Source of the DNA: Octopus vulgaris
Lineage: Eukaryota
Length of the DNA: 64,000 nucleotides
Direction: 5' to 3'
Assembly: GCA_951406725.2 (NCBI GenBank)
Contig: OX597819.1
Span: forward strand, 108,004,001 to 108,068,000
Made by a program: the position numbers and the translations under genes
In this document: positions 40,226 through 52,092 of the stretch, piece after piece
Layout of the letters: every line of letters begins with the position of its first letter
How positions within the stretch are numbered: position 1 is the first letter of the stretch
The notes under the pieces: generated by a model
The model's database searches: none
What the model was told of the DNA's origin: nothing
The model's input: the letters and a program-made list of their open reading frames with translations, nothing else

Positions 40226-43154
40226 GGCGGGGGACGGGCTTTTCTTTCAAACGTACGTCAAAGTCTAGTATGTTACCGTTATATGCGCGTGTAAAGTAGG
40301 ATTCGGTTGTCGGTTTATCACAAAACTTCGGTTTGTTTCTGTTCACTCCTATACCAGTTCCTGACTGATCGAACCCGTGATCAAAAGCGTTTCAAGTATA
40401 ATTATTCTAGTACGTTAGCGTGTCCCTCTTTTCAAGACACCGGAATTTAAGTTAAAGCACATTTGGCTGCTGTTTCTAGTAGGACATACGGCAACATTGG
40501 TGGTCCCTTCTTTCTTTCGACTTCAATTTATGGGAAGAAGATATGAAAATAAGATCTCACATGTTCATGCTTTTGTTTTATCTTTATACTTCCTCATTCA
40601 GCCATTAATACTTTACTCATTCTCTGCACATTCTGCGTTCCAATTCCACCGAGGTCGACTTTGCCCTTCATCCCTTCGGGATCGATAAAATAAGTACCAA
40701 TTGGACACTGGGGTTCATGTAATCGACTTATTCCTCCCCCGAAATTGCTGGCCTTCTACCGAAATTTGAAATCAATATTTTACACGCCCTCCATTCAAGA
40801 CATGCTCAGGCCAACTTTGTCGTTATCCTTCTTGGGGCCGATAAGTACTAGTCAAGTACTAGGGTGGACTGTCTCCCCACCCACTTTTTGCCTTATGCCT
40901 GTGTAAAATACGCAATACGTTGTATGGATGCTCTACTGTCCACATCCTCTCCTGGACCACTAACTCCTTGCGCTTACTGACCAGTATCAACAAGGAAGTG
41001 AAGGACTCTCTTCTGTGTGGTTGCTCAGCTTGCTAGAAATAACAGACAAAATCTCTATCACATTACCTTCTTCCGACTTAAAAAAGGAAGCCTACATAAT
41101 ATAATACTAGATATCATTAAGAAAGGGTTAGGTGGTCATGGTTGGAAATCTTTTGATTGTAAATTTACTCAAACAACATAGAAGTGAAATAGGCATTTAA
41201 TAATATTATATACAGGTACATAAGGTATTTGAGGACATACCTTTTTTGGGTCATTGCTGCACTTCTTGCTAACTGTATAATGTTTGTTTCAGAAAATAAT
41301 AATGGTAGACCCTCAACTTACTCAAGAAATGAAGAGGTATGTTGTTATTGTGGTTATAAAGGCTGAGCATAGCGATTTAGAAATATCTCAATTTTTCAAA
41401 GTTGCCAGATCTTTTGTCTGCAGAGTTTGTAGGAGCTAGAGACTGAAGATGGAAACATATCACCAGTATCAAAGTATGAAAAGTATTCTAAACGCTCTGA
41501 AATCATCAGAATACCAGAATTTATTCAGCAAGTTCAACAGACCATTGATTACAATCCCAGAAAGTCCATAAGGTCATTTACAAAAGATCTCCATGTGTTA
41601 GAAGGAACAGTCAGATATGTCTTATATGATGAGGAAAGGTCAATTTATCAGAAAAAAGATTTGATTTGATTTTTCTCAAACGAGAAAAACTTCAACCAAG
41701 ATCAAAAAGTTAACAGAAGAAATGACAGATGGTTATGTGCATACCCTTCTAAATTCCAAGTGTTATGCATAAAAAATTTCCTGCAACTGTCATGGTTTTA
41801 AGCGTTGACAGCAATGAAGGACATGTGATGCTTCCTTACTTTTTCCACAAAGCCTTAGAGTTAACAATGCCACCTACACTGAGGTCCTGGAAATAATTGT
41901 TAAGCCCTGGATAGACAGTGTATGCAATGGAAGGCCATATGTGTTTCAGTAAGACTGTACTATCACACATGGCTCTAGTAACACAGGAATGGATGGCTGG
42001 AAATTTTCATGGTCACATAACCCCTAATATTTGACCTCCTAATTCCCCAGATCTCAACCCATTGGACTATTACATGTAGAGTGTTGTTGAGAGGGAGGTC
42101 AATAAACATGCCCATAATACCAAAGATTCTTTGAAAGCCGCCATAGTCAGAATAATGTCCAAAATGAACCAGGACCACTTGATACGAGCATGTAGATGAT
42201 TTAGATCTCATATAGAAGCAGTTGTTGAAACTGAAGGCAACTTTATTGAATAACATTATAGAAAAGGTTTATTTTTATCCTCACAGCAATTTTTGATAAT
42301 AAAATTATGTGTTATTGTTTATCTGGGTTTTTTTTCATAAACATAAATCTGTCCTCAAATATCTTACACACACAGTACATTTTCCATGAATTTTCATTTG
42401 CAAAACCTTTTCATTAATCATTAAAATTAAAAGTATCCATGTCAGTGAAGGAGCTGCTAAGTGATTGCTTTGTCTCTTAGAAATGGCAGTCAAATTTCGA
42501 ATCATATCCTAATGTCTGCAAAATGGAGAGTCACATTGAATAATGTAACCCTGGGTTGGTGCTAGAAATAGCAGCCAAATCTCCCTCACACTACACTTTA
42601 TCATCTCAAAAACAGAAGAAAATAAAAAATATAAAATACAACAGCCAGCTTGTATGCCTTGGTCATTATATCGTAGATTTGCTCAATCTCAGCTGGTATG
42701 TGGCTAAAATGTAACAAGGACAGTGCCCTATTTTCCACAAGAATTTGCCAAAATTTTGAAGATAATATAGTTTGTAATGTCAACTATATTGCCCTGATAA
42801 GCTTTATTGTGAAAAACGTTGAGAAGAAACATGTTACATGAGGCTTTAGTCTTGTAGGATGTGAGATCCTCCTTTGCTCAATGTTGACCATGCATCTGCA
42901 AATATATGTGTAGGCCTGAGCAAGATTTTTTTTTTTAGAAAGACTAGCAGTTGCCCATTTATCTTTTGCAAGCCTCACTCTGACTTGTTACACTGATGCA
43001 GCCAATAGTCTAATAAAGACTATGTACTCAAATCATGCGAGGTTACATCACAAACACATATCTGTGAACTTAAATATATTGCATGTACCACATAACTGCT
43101 TTGCTAATCTACACCCCATTGTTACTTACTTAGAATTATTTTATTTAATTTCAG
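39918..43154 (+). other. Putative 5' UTR intron of ZNF-D
   Basis: Donor TTGAG|GTAGGG at 39918; acceptor TTTAATTTCAG| ending at 43154. Confidence 0.55.
41213..42375 (+). mobile_element. Decayed full-length mariner/maT-like transposon inside the predicted ZNF-D intron
   Basis: Imperfect TIRs (TAAGGTATTTGAGGACA / TGTCCTCAAATATCTTA) with TA flanks; FFSNEKNF, YVFQ*D and PPNSPDLNPLDYY motifs. Confidence 0.82.
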
Positions 43155-43713
43155 GTCTGTGTTGTGAAAAGTGGAATTCTACCAGATATCACCATTATTA
43201 GCTGAAATAACCAGTGTGTGATATTTAGTTCAGTTACCTGAGAGTAACAGTGTTATGTGGTTAATATTATGATTAATATTAGGGAAAAGTCTTTATATCA
43301 CAGACATGTCTTGAATTGACAAACATTACTTCATTGAAACAAACATTTGATCAATGGGACATTTCTGGAAATATGTTCCAAATTCTACATCTTCTAATTC
43401 AGAAATAGCAGTCAATTCTACTGCATATCATCATACCATGTCATCTTAAAAAATCCAAAATAAAGGACACATTGGACAATATAGTCCTGTATATTTTGAC
43501 TACTTCCAAGAAAAGATGGAAGGGTTATGGCTCAGCTATTTGATTATGGGACTGCTTGCTCAATCAGAGTTAACTTGGAGCTGAAGAACATCTGTAGAAA
43601 ATAAATTCTACTGTTAAGTTTACTGAAGTAATTTTTATTTGGCAAGAGAGTTGTTTTATAAGAAAAGTGTTCACAGGAAAAAATAAAAACATTATTGGTT
43701 GGAAAATATAAAA

Positions 43714-44811
43714 ATGGAGGAGAAACCTCATATATGTGATGTTTGTGGGAAAATATTCACCCATGAAGATCACTTAACAATTCATGTTCGTATTCACACC
43801 GGTGAAAAACCTTACCCCTGTGATATTTGTGGGAAAGCCTTTTCTTGTAACAGTTACTTATCTCATCATAAACGTATTCATAAAGAAAAGGTACACCACT
43901 GTGAAATTTGTAGGAAATCATTTTCTCGTAACAGTGAACTAATTTATCATATACGTGTTCACACAAGAGAGAAACCATATGAGTGTGATATCTGTGGGAA
44001 AGCATTTTCACGTAACAATAAATTATCTGATCATAAACGCGTTCACACTGGAGAAAAACCATACCAGTGTGAAATTTGTGGGAAAGCTTTTTCTCAGAAG
44101 AGTGCATTAACAAATCATACTTATAGTCACACAGGAGAAAAACCTTATCAATGTGGGGTCTGTGGAAAAACGTTATCTTCTAGCAGCACCTTATCATGTC
44201 ATAAACGTCTTCACAAAGAAAAACGATTCAGCTGCCAAATTTGTGATAGAAAGTTTTCTCGTAACAGCGAATTAATTTATCACATACGTGTTCACACAGG
44301 AGAGAAACCATATACATGTGAAATCTGTGGGAAGGCTTTTTTGCGAAACACGAAATTATCAGTTCATAAGCGTGTTCACACTGGTGAAAAACCGTACCAC
44401 TGTGAAATTTGTGGGCAAACATTTGCTTGGGACAGTCAATTAAAAGTTCACAAACATACCCATACAGGAGAAAAACCATACAAATGTCAAACCTGTGGAA
44501 AAGGATTTTCTTGCAGCAGTGGTTTATCAGATCATAAACGTGTTCACTCTGGAGAAAAACCATTTAGCTGTGAATTTTGTGGGAAAGCATTCCCTCGAAA
44601 TAGTGCATTAACAGATCATAGACGTATCCATACTGGTGAAAAGCCCTACCACTGTGAAATCTGTGGTAAATCATTTTCCAGTAGCAGCAGTTTGTCAGGG
44701 CATAGTCATATTCATTCTGGTCAAAAATCATTCCAGTGTGATATTTGTGAGAAAGGGTTTTCAAGAAACAGAAATTTATTATCTCATTATCGTGTTCACA
44801 TAGGAAAGTGA
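43714..44811 (+). CDS. Tandem C2H2 zinc-finger protein (ZNF-D), 365 aa, 13 fingers
   Basis: Open ORF; the track start at 43699 is TTG, the first ATG (aaaATGG) is at 43714. Confidence 0.92.
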   Translation: MEEKPHICDVCGKIFTHEDHLTIHVRIHTGEKPYPCDICGKAFSCNSYLSHHKRIHKEKVHHCEICRKSFSRNSELIYHIRVHTREKPYECDICGKAFSRNNKLSDHKRVHTGEKPYQCEICGKAFSQKSALTNHTYSHTGEKPYQCGVCGKTLSSSSTLSCHKRLHKEKRFSCQICDRKFSRNSELIYHIRVHTGEKPYTCEICGKAFLRNTKLSVHKRVHTGEKPYHCEICGQTFAWDSQLKVHKHTHTGEKPYKCQTCGKGFSCSSGLSDHKRVHSGEKPFSCEFCGKAFPRNSALTDHRRIHTGEKPYHCEICGKSFSSSSSLSGHSHIHSGQKSFQCDICEKGFSRNRNLLSHYRVHIGK

Positions 44812-47449
44812 TAATCTAATATGAATTTATTTTGGACTGAAGACAAATGTAACTGGTATTTTGTAGGTATTTTCTCAAAATTATTTCTTCTAATATATTT
44901 TTATATTCAAGGATTATTGTTTCTAAAAATGACAGAGATACATAAAAAATATTCAAATTAGGAAAAAGTTCTTAACCTATGACAGTTGTAGTATTTTTTG
45001 TTGTTACAACCAACCAGTTGTAACAATAAAACAAATATGTTATGTACTATTTTTCATCATTGCTAAATTGTTTAAATCCTTTTCTCTGTGTGTGTGAATG
45101 TATATTGATATATGATGCATATTTGTACATGCAGGCTTGGCACTGTGATAAGAAGTTTGTTTCCCAACCACATGGTCTCAGTTTCAGTTTCACTGCATGA
45201 CACTTTGGTCAAGTACCTCCTACTATAGGCTCTGCCTGACCAAAGCTTTGTGAATGAATTTGATAGACAGAAGCAATGAAGCCTGTTGTATATATATATA
45301 TGTGTGTGTGTGTTACTGTCTTCATGTAGTAGTTGTAAACAAATATCACCATCATGTAAGTGGTGTCCTTCATTTCCAACCATCTGTGAAAGTAATGTCT
45401 GGTCATGGGAAATATTACCTCACTTGGAAACCGGTAAGGGTTGATGACAGGAAGGACATCCTGCTGTGGAAAACAAACTCCGTCCAACCCATGCAAATAT
45501 GGGATATTAAATGGTGATATGTATGTGTGAGTCTGTATAGCTGCAGGTTTTATTTACTCATTTCTAAATATAACCACTGGAGAAATAATATATTGAAATT
45601 ATTGGAACATCGCAATAGATATATTTCAACCAAGTGGAGTTTGTATGTCTACGTTTATTTCTATATAGTGAGGCACAGGCATACTTCTGTGTTGTAAGAA
45701 GTTCACTTCTCAACCAAATAGTTTTGTGTTCAGTTCCTCTACATGATACCTTGGACAGGTGTCTTTTAGTATGGCCTCAGATCGACCAAGGCCTTGTGAG
45801 TAGATTTGATAGACAGATGTGTGTGTGTGTGTGTGTATACATACGGTGAGTAGATTTGAAAGACGTGTGTGTGTATACATATGTACACATATATGTATGT
45901 TTGTGTATATGTGTGTGCATATGTTTGTGTCTCCTTGTTTGACATCATGTGATAGTTGTAAACAAATGTCACTGTCAAATTATCCGTATCCTTTGTTTCC
46001 TATCATATATGGAAATATGTCTTGCTTGGTGACAGGACGAACATCTGGCTATTGAAAGCCTGCCTCAGCAAATTCTGTTTGACCCATGCAAGCATAGAAA
46101 AGTAGATGCTGAAACAATAATGATATAAACTGCTGTTATTATTAAAACACCTGCTGAAACTCTTGGACTATGTAAACACGCTTATCTCCAAACACTTGGT
46201 CCATTCATTCTGCTTGTGTATTTGTATATTATGCATTTCAAACCACATTTATCAAAGTATATTCTCATTCTAAAATTATATTTTATAAAGAGATGAAATT
46301 AAAAATCATTTTTACAGCAAAATGTTTTCTCTATTTTATTTATATTAAAAAAGAATGCACATCTTAGTCACAGAGCCACATATTTGGGAGAGATTGTAGT
46401 CAGTTTTTGACAGGTATTTGTTTTATTAATTACAGAAGAATAAAGACAGTCACCTCAGATGAGTTTTTAACTCAATACGTAAATGGATGCAACCAAATAC
46501 CACAAGATATTTTTTCCTCATGTCTGATTTTTCTCATTTACGGCTGTGACATTTGCAGCATCTTGGTGTAGCCTTCACCATTTCTGCCTCTTCCACAAGC
46601 TCCTTCCACTTGGCTTGCTTCACTTTTCACCCTTCATATACATAACACTCTTCTATCTTCTACATTACAGCTAATTTCTGTTACTCATTTTATTTTATTT
46701 TTCAGCTCTTTTGCACACCATTGTTTATTTGCACTAACACCACACATCTAATGGAGTTTACTCACCTCACTTCTCTGTCTTCTCATACCCTATTTATTCA
46801 GTGTTCATCTTTCATGATCATGCAATAGCACACTTCATACAGTGTTATGCAATGTTCTTTACTCAGAGAGAAAAACATTTTGTTGCCAACAAAGATAATA
46901 GCTAACTGAAATTTTGCCATTCCATTATTACTCTACCTCCTATGCTTCCATTATACTTTGGGCTGTTGTTGGCTAAATCACCTTCTGGACAGTTGAATGA
47001 TTGCATGTCATGGGTACTCTTATGCAGCCGTTGCAAATGTAGTCCTTCTCTGTCTGTCAGCTTGAGACCCCACTGCAACTTATAAGTTTGTTTGAAAATC
47101 AGCAACTTTATGTTGGTTAACTTAATTCATACGTTCTCCGGCATTTTAAACAGAAAATACTTTGTGCCTGTCCATGATCTCTCCTCCAACATATCCTAAC
47201 CATGAAGGTGTTGAATGAAGTCTACTACAAAAAAAAAAAAAAATTCTCTTATCTAAGCAGCAATTTTAGAATGTATTTCCAAACTCACAGAACTTGTATG
47301 AAATTAAAATTGTAATGTCATTTCACAGATTTGTGTTTTATACGCCAACATCTTTAGATTTCAACCCAATGTTGACCCTATTCACATTACCTACTGTTTC
47401 TCTTTGAGACACATATCTCTCTAATTTATATCTGCTGTTCAAACCACTC

Positions 47450-47769
47450 CAGCAACATCACTTTGTAGCCTCTGATGGTGGGATACGATTTAACAGAGAT
47501 TCTGGTACCAGAACATCCAGACATTATTTGCATAGAACAGTGAGAGGTAAGTCTTAGTTTGATATTTTTACAACACTAAAGATTCCGCTCGCATATTCAC
47601 AACAAACAAGGCACAGGGCCAGGGTTTAGATCATGTAGGTGTACTTTTACCCACTCTGATGTTTACACATGGCCAGTTATATGTGGCTATGAGTAGAGCA
47701 ACAGACTCCAGTAATTTGAAAATTAGTATCGACCAAACAGAAAATATCATTTACAAAGAAGTTTTGTAA
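47450..47769 (+). mobile_element. Helitron PIF1-helicase C-terminal remnant
   Basis: 47596-47769 translates as FTTNKAQGQGLDHVGVLLPTLMFTHGQLYVAMSRAT...NIIYKEVL*; upstream ITL*PSDGGIRFNR. Confidence 0.85.
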
Positions 47770-50034
47770 TCATATTGATATTACTGAAAGGAATATGATT
47801 CATAATTTAAATAAGGAAATTTGTGAATTTTGAATGTATAAGAGTATAAACAAGTATAAAATAGTGTAAACAACTAAAATAAAACTATATCTACATAACA
47901 TTTTTTCTTAATACTTTTTATGTAGTGGTCAACAGAAGCTCTGGCTTTCATTAAGAATGGTCCAGATAACCATTCATGATACAGAGGCTGGGAGCCTATT
48001 TCAATTTGGAAGTGAATTATCATCATGTCACTTAGTCGCAAACATATCATATAACTGCAATAGAATGCTGTATCACCAACAATAATGTGGCTTCTCTAAG
48101 ACATTACCAAGTAATCTAACAAGTCCATGTACACATTTCTCAATACATACTGCTGTTATGGCTTCCGTCCCTCATTTTATGCTTCCATCATAGATGCAGT
48201 CATGTGTGTGTGTGTATATACACACAAAATTTGATTTAATAAGTTTTATCATATACTCTACAAAAGGAGTTGAGTGCCACATATATATGCAGGTGTGTGT
48301 GTATGCACCTATGTGCATGTGTGTAAATATATACATATATAATTCATTTTCGCTTGTTTCAGGTATGTTGTCCAGACCAAAAACACTTTCTCTTTAAGCA
48401 TTTCCTTCTTCTATGGCAATTTTAGGTCTTCTATTTGTAACTCGACATCACAAGAGAGTTGATCAATGTACATCATTCTGGGTCATTTGACATGAGAATT
48501 CCCGTGGCTCAAGATCCAAAAGAGATTGAAGAATGGGAAAGCAGCTGGTCTGGATGAGGTGCTCCCTGAAGGCTGGAAGATGAGAAGCTTTAACGATACA
48601 CACATACATACACACACATATATACATATATATAGACACACACACATATATATATATATAGACACAAACACACAAGTTTAACTCTTAAAAGGAAGAGAAA
48701 GAGTTTTGACATTTTGGACATCTTTCATCAGAAGAGAAGTAAAGGAGAGTGAAAAAGAGAAAATGGTTGAAAAGAAAAAGAGACGGTGTTATCGGTGAGA
48801 TGGCAATGTGATTTTATGGGTGGAGTTAAGGCAGTGGAAGTAGGAGGCCCATATACAAGTGTATTGATGTATCTGAATGGGAACAAGGGGTGAAGTATGT
48901 GATTATTTTTGGAGTGTACATGTGCAAGTATGGAAATGTAGTGGCATGAGATAATGGAGTGTGTGGTTGGTTGATGATCATACTGTGTGAAGTAAGCATG
49001 AAAGGGGAGAGGTGGTAGCGAGTACAAGTGTGAGGTGAAAGGCAAGATGAGGGAAATCCAGAGTATGTGGTAGAAGTGGGTGCAAAGATATGTAGAAGTC
49101 AGCAGACAAGTGAGAGATGAAAAGAGAAAAAAAAATGGAGAAAGAAAAATATCAGTGCAAAAAAGGAAATTACTTTTGTATTTTAGAAAGAGGTGTGTAC
49201 ATATGTCAGAATGTAAAGCATGGAGAATATAAGCAAAAGGGAGAAAAAGAAAGTGAAAAAATATATGTATACACACACATGTAAGAGTGTGTGTGTATAT
49301 CTTCAAGGTGCCACACAGAGAGATTGAACCCAAAACTACATCATTGCAAAGTGGACTTCTTACCCACACAGTCATACTTAATATATATATTTAAGTTCAT
49401 TATTCTGAATATCTATTAACATGTCACAGAAATATTTAGTTTTAGGATCAGCATTCAATTGAGATTTGTACATATTTACAAGAAATAAGAGTTAACTGAC
49501 AAGAAATACAAACATTCCTGAAATAATTATCATGTTTATTAGGAAATATATTCAATAAATATTTTGTAATTATTTAGGACGTCAGAAATACCAAACAGAT
49601 TTATTTTGATATTTTGTGGCCATCGTTTGTTACCCAAGTAAAATATACTAAGAAATTGCTTGGTAACTGAGGAAAGCTCTATGTAGTAGCATAACCTGCT
49701 AGAAATAGCAGACAAATCTCTTCAAATCATACCTACCATCTCAAATAAGAAAAATACTCCTTGGACAATGTAATCCTAAACGTTCCAAAAATAGGCTAGT
49801 TTTTGTTGGAATCAATCTGGGCTGACTCAAGGTTAAACAACAATCAAATGGATTGTCAAGACATATAATATAAACTACAAGATATGGTGTTAAATACCAT
49901 AATAACTGGGAAGGTATATACAAACATCACAAGGATAAAGATTTATTTATTTACTAACTAGCAGTGTCTCTGTCGTTTGTTTAAATCCTTAAGGGAGATA
50001 ACTCTGCTCCCAAAGGATATATCTCCCTCAGTTA

Positions 50035-50264
50035 AGGCGGTGAGCCGGCAGAATCGTTAGCACGCCGGACGAAATGCTTAGTGGTATTTCGTCTGCAGCT
50101 ACGTTCTGAGTTCAAATTCCGCCGAGGTTGACTTTGCCTTTCATCCTTTCGGGGTCGATAAATTAAGTACCAGTTACGCACTGGGGTCGATATAATCGAC
50201 TTAATCCGTTTGTATGTCCTTGTTTGTCCCCTCTGTGTAGCCCCTTGTGGGTAGTAAAGAAATA
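50035..50264 (+). mobile_element. Young full-length tRNA-type SINE with 19 bp TSD
   Basis: B-box-like GAGTTCAAATTCC; TSD GATATATCTCCCTCAGTTA at 50016-50034 and 50265-50283. Confidence 0.9.
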
Positions 50265-50710
50265 GATATATCTCCCTCAGTTACTATATACTAATTAGTG
50301 TTATCTGACATATACTCCTGACATTAGAGATATACCCTTGCCACTGTGGTTAAAACCAGGTAATATTACATCTGTAACAGTATTACTGATCTAAAGAAAT
50401 TTGTTTCATTTCATTTAAATAAATATTTTCCTTTTCAAAATTAGTATTCATTTCATTGTATTGTATGAGCATGAAATCTCAATAAAGTAATGGTATTGTA
50501 TTTATAAAACATTACCTGATACTACACAGAATGGCAAAACTACGCCCCTGACATAACTTATCATATGACATGTTATGCTCAGTGTCAACATATTTCTTTA
50601 AAATTAAGAAACAGTTTTGAGAAAATATCTTATAATAATCTACCGCTACATTTGCTCTTTAAGCTGTGAAATGTGTAAAAGGTTAATTGATATTTAAATT
50701 TGAAGTTATA

Positions 50711-50932
50711 AGGTGGCGAGCTGGCAGAAACATTAGCGTGCCGGGCGAAATGCGTAGCCGTATTCATCTGCTGCTATGTTCTGAGTTCAAATTCCACCGA
50801 GGTCGACTTTGCCTTTCATCATTTCGGAGTCAATAAATTAAGGACCAGTTATGCACTGAGGTCGATGTAATCGACTTAATCTGTTTGTCTGTCCTCTCTG
50901 TGTTTAGCCCCTTGTGGGTAGTAAAGAAATAG
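50711..50932 (+). mobile_element. SINE of the same family just downstream of the ZNF-E stop codon
   Basis: High similarity to the 50035 copy; direct repeat TTTAAATTTGAAG at 50693 and 50936. Confidence 0.88.
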
Positions 50933-50978
50933 ATTTTTAAATTTGAAGACATTTTCACAAATTTCATAGTGATACAAT

Positions 50979-51749
50979 TCATTTTCTACTGTGAATGAGA
51001 TGATGTCGCGATAGATTTCCATTTTTAGAAAATGCTTCACCACAAATTTCACACTGGTATGGTTTTTCTCCTGTATGTGTCCGTATATGGATCGATAAAT
51101 GACTACTGCATGTGAATGCTCTCCCACAAATTTCACATTGGTATTGTCTTCCACTGTGAAGCCTTCTGTGATCTGACAATTTAGTACTGCGTGAAAATAC
51201 TTTCCCACAGATTTCACACTGGTATGGTTTCTCACCAGTATGAATATGCTTATGGTCTGTTAATGTACAATTCTGAGAAAATGCCTTGCCACAGATTTCA
51301 CATTGGTATGGTTTTTCTCCTGTGTGAATACGTTTGTGACACAATAACTTAGTACTACATAAGAATGCTTTACCACAGACTTCACAGTCAAATGGTTTCT
51401 CTCCAGTGTGAACACGTTTATGATACATTAAATCAGCATTACGAGAAAATTTCTTTTCACAAATTTCACAGCAGAATATTTTTTCTTTGTGAATACGTCT
51501 ATGATCTGACAAGTAACTTTTACAAGAAAAGGATTTGTCACAGATTTCACAATTGTAGAGTTTTTCTCTTGAATGAGTCCGTCTATGATCTGTAAGTCGT
51601 GTCATTCGGGAAAAGGTTTTCCCACAAATTTCACAGTGGTATGGTTTCTCACCTGTGTGAATACGAATATGAACTGTTAGGTGACTGTTTTGAGAAAACA
51701 CTTTACCACAAACCTCACATCTGTAAGGTTTTTCCTCTGTCTGCAACAT
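50979..51749 (-). CDS. Tandem C2H2 zinc-finger protein (ZNF-E), 256 aa, 9 fingers
   Basis: Open ATG-initiated ORF of C2H2 repeats; out-of-frame relic finger after the stop. Confidence 0.9.
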   Translation of the reverse strand: MLQTEEKPYRCEVCGKVFSQNSHLTVHIRIHTGEKPYHCEICGKTFSRMTRLTDHRRTHSREKLYNCEICDKSFSCKSYLSDHRRIHKEKIFCCEICEKKFSRNADLMYHKRVHTGEKPFDCEVCGKAFLCSTKLLCHKRIHTGEKPYQCEICGKAFSQNCTLTDHKHIHTGEKPYQCEICGKVFSRSTKLSDHRRLHSGRQYQCEICGRAFTCSSHLSIHIRTHTGEKPYQCEICGEAFSKNGNLSRHHLIHSRK

Positions 51750-52092
51750 TTTCCAATAAATAAAGCTTTCATAAAATATATTCTACAGAAGAATTTGTTT
51801 CATCCAAAGCACTTGTACTAGAAAATAGAATGTTCTCTTTGAATTGTTCCAGTGACTACTCATCTTAATGTACTAGTTTGTCTCTCAAGTTCAGCTATAT
51901 TTGTGATACCTTTTGCAAACTCGGTCACATTCTCATAAATGTGGTCTTAATCATTTAGTCACCCTCAAAGAGTCTGGTAAATCCCATACTCAAGACATTT
52001 TAACTGATGTTTTTTGATGACAACTTCTGGGATAATTTTCCTTAAAAATTCCAGTTAATACATCTATGAGCATTCCTCTTTTCAACATAGAT

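Noticed and set aside
48728-49375. 215 aa minus-strand ORF
   Set aside because: Low-complexity GA-rich repeat plus SINE sequence; no domain motifs.
50035-50125. tRNA-like A/B boxes
   Set aside because: SINE head with TSD and many decayed copies; no convincing cloverleaf.
8990-51749. ZNF genes as retrocopies because the CDS lacks introns
   Set aside because: Shared promoter, exon 1 and splice signals, and no poly(A) tail or TSD seen, argue for DNA-level duplication.
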